From: Tagaea sp.
GTDB lineage: Bacteria > Pseudomonadota > Alphaproteobacteria > CACIAM-22H2
Direction of reading: 5' to 3'
Assembly (NCBI GenBank): GCA_965279525.1
Contig: CBDIIB010000005.1
Coordinates: 1,805,080-1,869,079 of the forward strand
Length of the DNA: 64,000 nucleotides
Part shown: positions 8,488-17,976 of the stretch, piece after piece
Layout of the letters: every line of letters starts with the position of its first letter
Position numbering within the stretch: position 1 is the stretch's first letter
Made by a program: the position numbers and the translations under genes
Notes under the pieces: model-generated
The model's database searches: none
What the model was told of the DNA's origin: nothing
The model's input: only the letters and a program-made list of their open reading frames with translations

Positions 8488-9047
8488 TGGGTGGTTTCGC
8501 TCCGACCGATCCGGTCACGGCCGGGATCGCAGGCGTCAGCCTGCTCCACGGCATCGCTAGCTCGGGTGCTGCCGCATCCCACGCGCAGGCGCAAGCCGCC
8601 GCACAGGCGCAGGCCATGCAGGTGCAGGCCGAACGCCAGCGCCAGCTGCTCGAGCGCCAGTACGAGTCACAGACGCGCCAGCGCACCAACCTGCTCGAAC
8701 GCGCGACCGCGAAGGCGCGCGTGTCGTTCGGTGCGCGCGGCATCTCGCCGACCGACGGTTCGGCGGGCGCCATGCTCGACGGCATCGAGACCGATTTCGG
8801 CATCGAGGAGGCCGAACGCTTCCAGGACTACACGATGCAGCGCGACGGGCTGGCGCACGGGCTGGCGGCCTCGCTCCAGCGCATCGACGGCATGCGCCAG
8901 GGCAACTTGCTCGCCGCGGAGTCCGACGTGCAGCGCCGGATCCTCGGCCTGCTGAGCTGGGGCGGCCGGACTTTCGGCCGAAGTGGCGGAAATCAGCGGG
9001 CGCCGACCGGTGATTTCCCCGTTGGCCCCTACGACAACTTCGTCTGA
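8487..9047 (+). CDS. Putative internal virion (ejection) protein, T7 gp14-like
   Basis: 186 aa; Gly/Ala hydrophobic N-terminus, Q/A-rich helix, ARGI...GS motif; position after the nozzle. Confidence 0.65.
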   Translation: MGGFAPTDPVTAGIAGVSLLHGIASSGAAASHAQAQAAAQAQAMQVQAERQRQLLERQYESQTRQRTNLLERATAKARVSFGARGISPTDGSAGAMLDGIETDFGIEEAERFQDYTMQRDGLAHGLAASLQRIDGMRQGNLLAAESDVQRRILGLLSWGGRTFGRSGGNQRAPTGDFPVGPYDNFV

Positions 9048-9063
9048 CGCAAGGAGCACCCTC

Positions 9064-10815
9064 ATGAGCGAACACATCAAGATTGCCGCCCGTCCGCCGC
9101 GCAAGCGCTATCGCGCCGACGGCAGCCAGCGCGTCTTCGCCTTCGACTTCGCGGTCTTCCGGCCCGAAGACATCGAGATCGGCATCGACGGCGCGGTCCT
9201 TTCGGGCGGCTACACCGTCGCGGTCGGCACTGCCGGCAGCGGTGCCGTCACGCTCGACGTGGCACCGCCCGACGGTGCCGCCGTCGTCGTCCAGCGCCGC
9301 CTGCTGCTGCGCCGCGAGACGGATTTCCAGGAAGGCGGCGAGCTGCGCGCCAAGACGCTCAACGACGAACTCGATTTCCAGGCGGCCGCCCTCCAGCAGG
9401 TCGCGAGCGCGGTGGCGCGGTCGCTGCACCTGCCCGACGAAGATGCCGACGATGCCGCAACGCGCCTGCCGCGCGCCGGGCTGCGCGCACGCAAGGCGCT
9501 GGTGTTCGACATGGCCGGCAATCCGGCCGTGTCGGCCGACATATATGTCGACCAGGCGGCGGCGTCGGCGGCGAGTGCCGACGCTGCCGCCGGATCGGCG
9601 ACGGCGGCCGGCACGTCTTCCGCGTCCGCTTCGGCATCCGCTGGTGCAGCACTCGTGTCCGCCGATGCGGCGGCCGCATCGCAAGCACTTGCCGCAACGC
9701 ATCTGGCCGGCACGACCATCCACGCGGGCACGGCTGCCGCCGCCGCATCGGCCGTCGCCGTGCCGTGGACCCATGACGCATCGGTCGCGATCGACGATCC
9801 GGGTCCGGGACGCTTCCGCTTCGATGCGGCCGACCCGTCGGCGGCGGGCGCCATCGCGGTGTCGGCCCTTTCCGCCGATACCGGCGTGCCCGACGTCTCG
9901 GACTTCGTCGCGACGTGGGGGGCCAGCACCAACCCGGCGGTCAAGGGCACGCTGGTCTTGCGCAAGAGCGGCGCGCCGTCGACCTTCGCGGCGTTCGCGA
10001 TCCAGTCGGTCGTCGATCACGGTGCCTGGCTTGCCGTCGCGGTCGCGCATGTCGCGTCGGGCGGAAGCTGGGCGGCGGGCGATCTGGCCCATTTCGGGTT
10101 CGCGCGCGCCGGTGACAAGGGCTTCGACGGGACCGGCACGGTCGTCAGCGTCGCGGCGGGCGACGGGTCGGTCGCGGTCGGCGGCACGCCGTTCGATCGC
10201 ACCGTCGCCGTCGCCGCGAACGGCGTGACGCTGGCCAAGCTCGCCCGAGAAGGATCGCCCGGACAGGTCCTCACGTCGAACGGGGCGGGTGCCGATCCCG
10301 CGTACCAGGCGCTGCCGGCGGGCGTGCCTGCGGGCACGGTCGTGCCCTATGCCGGGGCGAGCGAACCGGCGGGCTGGCTGTTCGCCGCCGGGCAGGCCGT
10401 GAGCCGGTCGGCGTTCGCAGCGCTTTTCGCGGCGATCGGCACGACGTTCGGCAGCGGCGACGGATCGACGACATTCAACCTGCCCGACCTGCGCGGGCGC
10501 GTGGCGGCCGGTCGCGACAACATGAACGGTACTTCCGCCAACCGCCTGACCGCCGGTGGTGCCGGCATCGCGGGCCTGACGCTTGGTGCGGCGGGCGGCA
10601 GCGAGACGCATGCGCTGACGGCCGCCCAGATGCCGGCGCATTCGCACAGCTACGTCGCCGGGGGCGGCGGCATGACGGTCGCGGGCTCCTTCGGCGGCAC
10701 CGACACGACGGCCGGCACGCCGGGCAGCGGCAGCACGTCGGGAGCCGCGGGTTCGGGTGCGGCACATCCCAACGTGCAGCCCACGCTCGTCCTCAACCAC
10801 ATCGTCAAGACCTGA
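9064..10815 (+). CDS. Tail fibre with T7 gp17-type N-terminal anchor and C-terminal collar domain
   Basis: YRADGSQRVFAFDF...DFQEGGELRAKTLNDELD anchor; Ala/Ser stalk; collar motif GWLFAAGQAVSR...TFNLPDLRGR. Confidence 0.88.
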   Translation: MSEHIKIAARPPRKRYRADGSQRVFAFDFAVFRPEDIEIGIDGAVLSGGYTVAVGTAGSGAVTLDVAPPDGAAVVVQRRLLLRRETDFQEGGELRAKTLNDELDFQAAALQQVASAVARSLHLPDEDADDAATRLPRAGLRARKALVFDMAGNPAVSADIYVDQAAASAASADAAAGSATAAGTSSASASASAGAALVSADAAAASQALAATHLAGTTIHAGTAAAAASAVAVPWTHDASVAIDDPGPGRFRFDAADPSAAGAIAVSALSADTGVPDVSDFVATWGASTNPAVKGTLVLRKSGAPSTFAAFAIQSVVDHGAWLAVAVAHVASGGSWAAGDLAHFGFARAGDKGFDGTGTVVSVAAGDGSVAVGGTPFDRTVAVAANGVTLAKLAREGSPGQVLTSNGAGADPAYQALPAGVPAGTVVPYAGASEPAGWLFAAGQAVSRSAFAALFAAIGTTFGSGDGSTTFNLPDLRGRVAAGRDNMNGTSANRLTAGGAGIAGLTLGAAGGSETHALTAAQMPAHSHSYVAGGGGMTVAGSFGGTDTTAGTPGSGSTSGAAGSGAAHPNVQPTLVLNHIVKT

Positions 10816-10817
10816 AC

Positions 10818-12332
10818 ATGAAAAAGAAACCCGCCTTGCCGCCGCCGGCACCGCCTGCCGTGCCCGGCTTTCCCGCATTCGTCAACGACTGGAACGCGCT
10901 GCAGGGGCAGGGCACGCCCGCGTTGCACGCGCGCATGGCCGGCTGGCTTGCCGATGCGCGGGCGTCGCGCGCGGCGGGCCTGGTCCTGCTCGCGTTCCGC
11001 TCGAGCGGCAAGTCGACGCTGATCGGGCTGTTCTGCGCCTGGCTGCTGGCGCGCGATCCCGACCTGCGCGTGCTGGTGCTGGCGGCGGAAGAAGCGCTCG
11101 CGCGCAAGATGGTGCGCAACGTCAAGCGCATCGTCGAGCGGCACCCGGCGACGGCGGGCCTGAAGCCGGTGCGCGCCGACATGTGGGCTTCGGACCAGTT
11201 CGTCGTCGAGCGGCGGGCGGAACTGCGCGACCCCTCGATGCTGGCGCGCGGGCTTGCGGGCAACATCACCGGCAGCCGCGCCGACGTGGTGATCTGCGAC
11301 GACGTCGAGGTGCCCAACACCTGCGACACGCACGCCAAGCGCGTCGAGCTGCGCGAACGGCTGACCGAGATCGACTACGTGCTCGTTCCCGGCGGCCTGC
11401 AGCTCTATATCGGCACGCCGCACAGCTACTATTCGATCTATGCGGCCGAGGCGCGTGCTGAAGCGGGCGAAAGCGTGCCGTTCCTCGACGGCTTCACGCG
11501 CCTGTCGATCCCGGTCGTGGCGCCCGACGGGACCTATGCGTGGCCCGAGCGGTTCGACCTCGCGCGTCTGGATGCGGTGCGCAAGCGCACCGGCCCGCAG
11601 AAGTTCCGCGCGCAGATGATGCTGGAGCCGGTCGCCGACGGTGCCTGCCGGCTCGATCCCGACCGCCTCGTCGCCTACGACTGGCCGCTCGATTATTCGG
11701 AAGGCAACGGGGCGCCGGTCCTTTCGATCGGCGGCAAGCAGATGGTATCGGCCGGCTGCTGGTGGGATCCGTCCTATGGCACCGCGGCGGGCGACAGCTC
11801 CGTCGTCGCGGTCGTGTTCGCCGACAAGGAAGGCCATTGCTATCTGCACGAGGTGAAGTACCTCGCCCTTCCCGCCGGCACGCGCCCCGAGGACGAGGCG
11901 AAGGCGTTCTGCCGCCAGGTCGCCGAGTTCGCCAGGCGCAACCACGTGCCGGTCGTTCGCGTGGAAACCAATGGCCTTGGCGGATTCCTGCCCGGGCTGT
12001 TGCGCGGGGAAATCCTCGCGGCGAAGGCGGGCTGCGGGGCGGTCGGCATCCACAACCGGATACCGAAGGTCCGCCGCATCCTCGACGCGTTCGACGCGCG
12101 TCTGGCCGCCGGCATGCTCCACGCCCATCGCGGCGTGTGGGCGACACCCTTCGTTGCCGAGATGCGCGAGTGGCGTGCCGACCTCAGCGGCGTGCGCGAC
12201 GACGGGCTCGACGCCGTGGCCGGCTGCCTTGCCGGCGAGCCGGTGCGCTTTCCTGCCGTCGCACGCGAAACGCCGCCCGATTGGCGGCCGGGTGCGGGCT
12301 CGCACAAGGCGCGCACCGAGTTCGAGATCTGA
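10818..12332 (+). CDS. terL: Terminase large subunit
   Basis: Walker A AFRSSGKST, Walker B VVICDD, IGTP motif, nuclease acidic residues (WDPS, DDGLDA). Confidence 0.92.
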   Translation: MKKKPALPPPAPPAVPGFPAFVNDWNALQGQGTPALHARMAGWLADARASRAAGLVLLAFRSSGKSTLIGLFCAWLLARDPDLRVLVLAAEEALARKMVRNVKRIVERHPATAGLKPVRADMWASDQFVVERRAELRDPSMLARGLAGNITGSRADVVICDDVEVPNTCDTHAKRVELRERLTEIDYVLVPGGLQLYIGTPHSYYSIYAAEARAEAGESVPFLDGFTRLSIPVVAPDGTYAWPERFDLARLDAVRKRTGPQKFRAQMMLEPVADGACRLDPDRLVAYDWPLDYSEGNGAPVLSIGGKQMVSAGCWWDPSYGTAAGDSSVVAVVFADKEGHCYLHEVKYLALPAGTRPEDEAKAFCRQVAEFARRNHVPVVRVETNGLGGFLPGLLRGEILAAKAGCGAVGIHNRIPKVRRILDAFDARLAAGMLHAHRGVWATPFVAEMREWRADLSGVRDDGLDAVAGCLAGEPVRFPAVARETPPDWRPGAGSHKARTEFEI

Positions 12333-12352
12333 AACGAGGAGAGGGATCTGCA

Positions 12353-12646
12353 ATGGATATGTTCGAACTGACGCCCGGCCTTGCGATCGTCGCGGCCTCC
12401 GACGCGTCGAGCTTCGGCGCGATCGCGTGGCTGTTCTGGAAGCGCCACCAGGACCAGGAACGCATGCTCGATCGGCTGCGCCAGGCCTGTCTCGACGAGA
12501 CGCGCGACCTGCGCCATGCGCTTGCCGAGTTCAAGCTCGAGGTCGCGCGCGGCTACGCGTCGATCGGCTACATCAAGGATGTCGAGAACCGGCTGACGGC
12601 CCACCTGCTGCGCATCGAGGCGAAGCTCGACGGAGTGGGCGCATGA
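12353..12646 (+). CDS. Small membrane-anchored coiled-coil protein of the lysis region
   Basis: 97 aa; hydrophobic N-terminal segment, then a helix ending LLRIEAKLD; GAGGAGAG RBS. Confidence 0.65.
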   Translation: MDMFELTPGLAIVAASDASSFGAIAWLFWKRHQDQERMLDRLRQACLDETRDLRHALAEFKLEVARGYASIGYIKDVENRLTAHLLRIEAKLDGVGA

Positions 12647-13188
12647 TCCCGGCCCTGATCGCCCAGGTCGGTCTGCCGCTGCTCGTCCGGCTCGTGGGCG
12701 GTGCCTTGTCGCAGATCGACCATCCGGCCGCGCGCGCGGCGGCGGACGCACTCGAGACGGCCGGCGGCACGCTGACGCAAGAGCAGGTCGCCGAGGCCAA
12801 CCGCCATCTCGAGGCGATGGCGCGGCTCGAAAGCGAGGAAGGCCGCGAGACGATCCGCGAGGTCAACGCCTCGCTGCGCACCGAGGCCGCCAGCGAGGAC
12901 GCCTATGTGCGGCGCATGCGGCCGACCTTCGGCTACGTGATGGCCGCGACGTGGGCCGCCCAGATGGGGGCGGTGGCGTGGATCGTCGTGCGCAAGCCGG
13001 GCGAGGCCGCCGCGGTGATCGAAGCACTTGGCGCCTTGTCGGTCGTCTGGTCGGTCGGGCTGTCGGTGCTGGGCGTCTATGTCTACAAGCGCTCGTCCGA
13101 CAAGGCGGTGGCGTCGGGGGCGGTGGCGTCGGGAAGTCCGCGGCCGGGCCTGGTCGATGCGATCCGAGGGGCCGTCTTGCGGCGCTAG
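12643..13188 (+). CDS. Holin, 3TM (GTA_holin_3TM-like) family
   Basis: 181 aa; [18 protein letters not shown] followed by two TM helices and KRSSDK. Confidence 0.75.
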   Translation: MIPALIAQVGLPLLVRLVGGALSQIDHPAARAAADALETAGGTLTQEQVAEANRHLEAMARLESEEGRETIREVNASLRTEAASEDAYVRRMRPTFGYVMAATWAAQMGAVAWIVVRKPGEAAAVIEALGALSVVWSVGLSVLGVYVYKRSSDKAVASGAVASGSPRPGLVDAIRGAVLRR

Positions 13189-14855
13189 GCCGCCCCGCCG
13201 CCGGCCGAGTTGCTCAGCAGGCGCTCGGAGATGCGCCGCAGGCCGCCGATGTTCTCGGTGACCGTCGCGAGCGACACGCGCACGCCGGCCGAGCTCGTGC
13301 TGACCGCGTCGATCTCGCGGCTGACGTTCTTGATCTTGGCGGAGACCTCGCGCGAGGCTTCGGCCGTCTGGGCGACGTTGCGCGCGATCTCCTGCGTGGC
13401 CGAGCCCTGTTCTTCCATCGCGGCGGCGATCGCGGTCGCGACCCCGTCGACCTCGCGGATGCGCTCGCCGATCTCGGCCACGGCCGCGACCGCGGCGTCC
13501 GTCGCCGTCTGGATCTCGCCGACCTGGCGGTCGATGTCCTCGGTCGAGCGGCCGGTCTGGTTGGCGAGGTTCTTGACCTCCGATGCCACCACCGCGAAGC
13601 CCTTGCCGGCATCGCCCGCGCGCGCGGCCTCGATCGTGGCGTTCAGCGCCAGCAGGTTGGTGCGCCCGGCGATCTCGCCGATGAGCTTGCTCACCTCGGC
13701 GATCTTGCCCACGGCGTCGGACAGCGAGCGGATCGTCGCCTGCGCGTTCTGGCCGCTCGACACGGCGCTCTTCGTCACGCTCGAGGCGCGCGCGACCTGG
13801 GTGGTGATCTCGTGGATCGACGCCGAAAGTTCCTCGGCCGCGGACGAGACCGTCTGGACATTGACGAGCGCCTGCTCGGATGCCGCGGCGACCGCCTCGC
13901 TCTCGGCCAGCACCTCGCCGGCGAGCTTCGCCATGCCTTGTGCGGCCTCGTCGACGCTGCTCGTCGCGGCGGCGATGGAATCGACGGCGACCGCGGTTTC
14001 CTGGACGGTCGCGGTCATCTCGAGCATCCGGCGCTGGCGGCGCTCTTCGGACTGCGCCGCGGCCTTCGCGGCGTCGGCGCGCAGCCGCTCGTTCTCGACC
14101 GCGTTGTCCTTGAAGAACGAGACCGCGGCCGCCATGTCGCCGACCTCGTCGGTCCGCCCGCTGCCGGGGATCCCGATGGCGACGTCGCCGGCGGCAAGCC
14201 GGCTCATCGCCGACGCCATGGCCCCGACCGGCCGGCCGATGTTGCGCGCAAGCAGGAGCCCGACGATCGCCGCGACGACGACCGTGAGGAGCGCCACCGC
14301 CGAAAGCGCCAGCACGACGTTGTCCACGCTGCGCGTGGCGTCCTGGCGGAAATAGTAGCCGTGCTCCTTCGCGGCCTCGTTGACGATCGTGATCCGCGTC
14401 TCGAGGGTCTTCAGCAGGGCGTCCTTCTCGGCCAGCAGGTTCCCGGGAACCTCGCCGCCGGCCGACGCATCGGCAAAGAGCCGCGTGCGCAACGCTTCCC
14501 ACCGGGCGAGCGTCTCGCGGACATTCGCGATCTGGGTGGCGCTGTCGGGGCCGACCGCCCGCTCCTCGACGATCGCGAGATCGTCGAGGAGGGCCGATTC
14601 CTGGCTCGTCACGGCCTCGATGTCGGGCGGCGTGCCGTCGCGCCGCTGCTGGAGAGCCAGCGTCACCGCGAGGTCGAGCTTGGCGTAGTTCGTCATCGCC
14701 GACGCGGCGAAGTCGCTTGCCATCAACGGCCCGTCATAGAGCGCCTCGGTGAGCGAGGCGGCCTTGCGCAGGCCGATGACGGCATAGCCGCCCATCGCCA
14801 TCGTCATGACGATGACGATGGCGAGGCCGACAAGGATTTTTCCCCGGATACGCAT
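13185..14855 (-). CDS. Methyl-accepting chemotaxis protein
   Basis: TM-periplasmic-TM, HAMP (RTDEVGDMA), signature [33 protein letters not shown]. Confidence 0.95.
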   Translation of the reverse strand: MRIRGKILVGLAIVIVMTMAMGGYAVIGLRKAASLTEALYDGPLMASDFAASAMTNYAKLDLAVTLALQQRRDGTPPDIEAVTSQESALLDDLAIVEERAVGPDSATQIANVRETLARWEALRTRLFADASAGGEVPGNLLAEKDALLKTLETRITIVNEAAKEHGYYFRQDATRSVDNVVLALSAVALLTVVVAAIVGLLLARNIGRPVGAMASAMSRLAAGDVAIGIPGSGRTDEVGDMAAAVSFFKDNAVENERLRADAAKAAAQSEERRQRRMLEMTATVQETAVAVDSIAAATSSVDEAAQGMAKLAGEVLAESEAVAAASEQALVNVQTVSSAAEELSASIHEITTQVARASSVTKSAVSSGQNAQATIRSLSDAVGKIAEVSKLIGEIAGRTNLLALNATIEAARAGDAGKGFAVVASEVKNLANQTGRSTEDIDRQVGEIQTATDAAVAAVAEIGERIREVDGVATAIAAAMEEQGSATQEIARNVAQTAEASREVSAKIKNVSREIDAVSTSSAGVRVSLATVTENIGGLRRISERLLSNSAGGGAA

Positions 14856-14889
14856 TGCCGCGACTCCCGTATGTCGGGGAACGACCCGA

Positions 14890-15210
14890 TTACCTGACGG
14901 TCAGTTTCATCTTCATCTGCGGGTGGATGGCGCAACGCACCTCGCCCGTTCCTTCGCGGTCGAACTTGATGTCGCTCGACTCGCCGGGCTTCTGCACCTT
15001 CAGCTCGAAGGCGATGCCCGGCGACTGCGAATAGACATTGTGGGTGAACGGGTCGTCGTTCTTGAAGACGATGGTGTCGCCCTTGGCGATCGTCATCTCG
15101 GCGACGGCGAACTTCTTGTCGGCCTGGACGACGGTGCTGGTCGCCGCAAGCGCATAGCTGCTTGCGGCACCGGTGGCGATGGCGAGGACGGGCAACATGT
15201 AACGGCGCAT
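14890..15210 (-). CDS. Periplasmic type-1 copper protein (cupredoxin, amicyanin/plastocyanin-like)
   Basis: Signal peptide; THNV and C-x2-H-x2-M (RCAIHPQM) copper ligands. Confidence 0.88.
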   Translation of the reverse strand: MRRYMLPVLAIATGAASSYALAATSTVVQADKKFAVAEMTIAKGDTIVFKNDDPFTHNVYSQSPGIAFELKVQKPGESSDIKFDREGTGEVRCAIHPQMKMKLTVR

Positions 15211-15254
15211 CTTGGTAGCTCCTTGGATTCGGGTCGACGTATCTTGTCGGGTTT

Positions 15255-16334
15255 TCAGCGGGCCGCGTGATCGACCATCGGCAGGACCGGCACGGGGTAG
15301 GGCGTCTCGGGCGCGTTGAGCGTGAGGAGGAATTCGACGAGATCCGCACTCTCCGTTGCCGTCAGTCCGAGGGGCCGGACATGCTCGGAAAGGCTCGCGC
15401 GCTTCACGTCGCCGCCGCGGTTGTAGTGGTCGATGACCTTGGCGAGATTGGCGACCGACCCGTCGTGCATGTAAGGCGCCGTGCGCCCGATCTCGCGCAG
15501 CGTGGGCGTCTTGAAGGCATGGTTCATGCTCGGCAGGTTGATGATCTTGATCCGCCCGGCATCCTCGTCGGAAAGGCCGATGTCGTAGAAGCTGCTGTCG
15601 GTGAAGTTCCACCCCGAATGGCAGGCCGCACAGTTCGCCTTGGTGTTGAAGAGCATGAAGCCGCGCTTGGCCGTATCGGAGATCGCCTGCTCGTCGCCGG
15701 AGATCCACTTGTCGAACGGTGCCGTACCCGACACGAGGCCGCGTTCGAAGACGCCGATGGCCTTGACGAGATTGTCGATGGTGAGGCCGTCCTTCGGGAA
15801 CGCGGCGCGGAACATCGAGCGGTAGCCGCCGATCGCCGACAATTCCTCGACGAGCTTGTCGAGCGGCTGGTTCATGTTCCGGGGGTTCGCGATGGGCCCC
15901 TTGACGTGGCCTTCGAGATGCTCGGTGCGGCCGTCCCATGCGGTCTGCTCGGTCCAGGCGAGGTTGAGCAGCGTGGGGGAGTTGCGCACGTGCGGCGTTC
16001 CGGCGTGGCCGAAGCTCTTCGGCACGCCGTCGGTCCAGGCGAGGCCCGGAAGATGGCAGGTCGAGCACGAGATGAAGTTCGATCCCGACAGGCGCGGATC
16101 GAAGAACAGCATCTCGCCGAGCTTCGCCTTCTCGGCCGAATAGGGATTGTCGTCGAGATAGGGCACGCTTGCCGGCCGGACATAATCCTTCTTGTACTCG
16201 GCGAGCGTCTTCCAGGGCTTCGGCGCCGGGGCGGTCTGGGCGATCGCTGCGGCAATGCCGACGCCGCCGGCGAGGAGCAGGGCCGCGAGCGCGCCGAAGC
16301 GGCCGAGCGGGCGGGTGTGAAGTTCCGGTCGCAT
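15255..16334 (-). CDS. Diheme cytochrome c peroxidase / MauG family
   Basis: Signal peptide; CSTCH and CAACH; LFFDPRLS, WDGR, FKTPTLR...APYMHDGS. Confidence 0.92.
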   Translation of the reverse strand: MRPELHTRPLGRFGALAALLLAGGVGIAAAIAQTAPAPKPWKTLAEYKKDYVRPASVPYLDDNPYSAEKAKLGEMLFFDPRLSGSNFISCSTCHLPGLAWTDGVPKSFGHAGTPHVRNSPTLLNLAWTEQTAWDGRTEHLEGHVKGPIANPRNMNQPLDKLVEELSAIGGYRSMFRAAFPKDGLTIDNLVKAIGVFERGLVSGTAPFDKWISGDEQAISDTAKRGFMLFNTKANCAACHSGWNFTDSSFYDIGLSDEDAGRIKIINLPSMNHAFKTPTLREIGRTAPYMHDGSVANLAKVIDHYNRGGDVKRASLSEHVRPLGLTATESADLVEFLLTLNAPETPYPVPVLPMVDHAAR

Positions 16335-16421
16335 GATGGTGTTCCTCCAGTTCGCTTTCAGGTCGCGGCAAAGTTAGCCGGAACTGGCTAAAAAGACACT
16401 AACAATGGATGTATATACTGT

Positions 16422-16448
16422 TGTCATACAGTCGTAGAATGTATGACA
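16422..16448. promoter_or_regulatory. Perfect inverted repeat TGTCATACA-N9-TGTATGACA, putative operator
   Basis: Read directly from an AT-rich divergent intergenic region. Confidence 0.6.
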
Positions 16449-16547
16449 TGACGCGTGGCGCACCGACCGCCCCGCCGGCGGCCCCGGCGCGGGGTCGCTT
16501 CGACAGGCTTCATCGCGCGGCCGAAGGGCGCTAGCTTGTTTCGCAGG

Positions 16548-16895
16548 ATGGCGACTCCGATCTATCACATGTGCCGGCGCTCCGAATGGGCGGCCGCCCA
16601 GGCAAGCGGCAGTTACGCCGGGTCTTCGCAGGACCAGGCCGACGGCTTCATCCACTTCTCGACCGCCATACAAATAGTCGCCAGTGCCGCGAAGCATCGC
16701 GCCGGCCAGGACGATCTCGTGCTGATCGAGGTGCCGGCCGAGTCGCTCGGCGACGCGCTGAAATGGGAAGCCGCGCGCGGCGGCGCGCTGTTTCCGCATC
16801 TCTACGGCGCGCTGGCGGTCGGGCACGTGACACGCCATGCGCCGTTGCGCCTCGGCGCCGACGGCCGTCACGTCTTTCCGTGGGGGCTTGCATGA
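16548..16895 (+). CDS. DUF952 family protein
   Basis: DQADGFIHFST and FPHLYG motifs; upstream of pyrD. Confidence 0.9.
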   Translation: MATPIYHMCRRSEWAAAQASGSYAGSSQDQADGFIHFSTAIQIVASAAKHRAGQDDLVLIEVPAESLGDALKWEAARGGALFPHLYGALAVGHVTRHAPLRLGADGRHVFPWGLA

Positions 16896-17959
16896 ACTGG
16901 TACGACCTCGCCTTTCCACTGGTGCGCGGCCTCGATCCGGAAGCCGCACACGGGCTCGCGATCCGCGCCCTTGCCGGCGGTTTCGTGCCCACGCCGGCAC
17001 CGGTCGACGATCCGGCACTGCGCGTGAAGCTGTGGGGGCTGGATTTCCCGAACCCTGTGGGTCTCGCCGCCGGCTTCGACAAGGATGCCGAGGTGCCCGA
17101 CGCGATGCTGGCGCAGGGCTTCGGCTTCGTGGAGATCGGCTCGGTCACGCCGCGCCCGCAGCCGGGCAATCCGAAGAAGCGGCTCTTCCGTCTCACGGCC
17201 GACGAGGGCGTCATCAACCGGCTCGGCTTCAACAGTCGCGGGCTCGACGTGGCCAAGGCCAATCTTTCGGCCCGCAAGCGGCGCGGCATCGTCGGCGTCA
17301 ATCTCGGCAAGAACAAGGAAACCGAGGATGCGGCCGACGACTACGTGAAGGGGGCACTCGCCCTTGCCCCGTTCGCCGACTATCTCGTGTGCAACGTCTC
17401 GTCGCCCAACACGCCGGGCCTGCGCGCCCTGCAAAGCCGCGAGGCGCTCGACGGGTTGGTCGTGCGCGTGCAGGAAGCGCTCGCCACGCTTGGCAGTCCG
17501 CCGCCGCTGGTCTTCAAGATCGCCCCCGACCTTACCGACGCCGATCTGGAAGACGTCGTGCGCGTGGCGCTCGAGCGCAGGCTCGCCGGCCTCATCGTCG
17601 GCAACACGACTCTGTCGCGCCCCGACACGCTCGCCGATCCGCAGAAGGGCGAGACCGGGGGCCTGTCGGGCCGGCCGCTGATGGCGCTTTCCACGCGGAT
17701 GCTGGCGAAGACCCGCCGCCTTGCCGGGCGCGATCTGGTGCTGGTCGGCACGGGCGGCGTGGCCGACGCGCGCGATGCCTATGCCAAGATCCGCGCCGGT
17801 GCTTCGCTCGTGCAGCTCTATTCGGCCCTCGTCTATCGCGGGCCGGGGCTGGCCGCACGCATCTGCCGCGAACTGCCCGCTTTGCTGCGCGCCGACGGTT
17901 TTGCGAGCGTGGCCGACGCGGTCGGGACCGGATCGGCGTTGACCGACGCGCGCGGATAG
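16892..17959 (+). CDS. pyrD: Quinone-dependent dihydroorotate dehydrogenase
   Basis: NPVGLAAGFDK, NVSSPNTPGLR, GGLSG. Confidence 0.97.
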   Translation: MNWYDLAFPLVRGLDPEAAHGLAIRALAGGFVPTPAPVDDPALRVKLWGLDFPNPVGLAAGFDKDAEVPDAMLAQGFGFVEIGSVTPRPQPGNPKKRLFRLTADEGVINRLGFNSRGLDVAKANLSARKRRGIVGVNLGKNKETEDAADDYVKGALALAPFADYLVCNVSSPNTPGLRALQSREALDGLVVRVQEALATLGSPPPLVFKIAPDLTDADLEDVVRVALERRLAGLIVGNTTLSRPDTLADPQKGETGGLSGRPLMALSTRMLAKTRRLAGRDLVLVGTGGVADARDAYAKIRAGASLVQLYSALVYRGPGLAARICRELPALLRADGFASVADAVGTGSALTDARG

Positions 17960-17976
17960 GGAATACCGGACCTTAT

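Larger units (their letters stand above)
1529..13188 (+). mobile_element. Podovirus-like virion morphogenesis cluster (GTA-like element or domesticated prophage)
   Basis: 13 co-oriented, tightly coupled genes in T7-like late-gene order; no integrase or replication genes seen. Confidence 0.85.

Noticed and set aside
744-13188. Complete inducible prophage
   Set aside because: No integrase, replication or early genes, or att-like repeats in the window, and the element is far shorter than T7-like genomes. Only 743 nt of left flank is visible, so this is not absolute.
1529-13188. Canonical RcGTA cluster, tailocin or contractile injection system
   Set aside because: No prohead protease, tape measure, tail tube, sheath or baseplate; a podoviral head and TerL are present instead.
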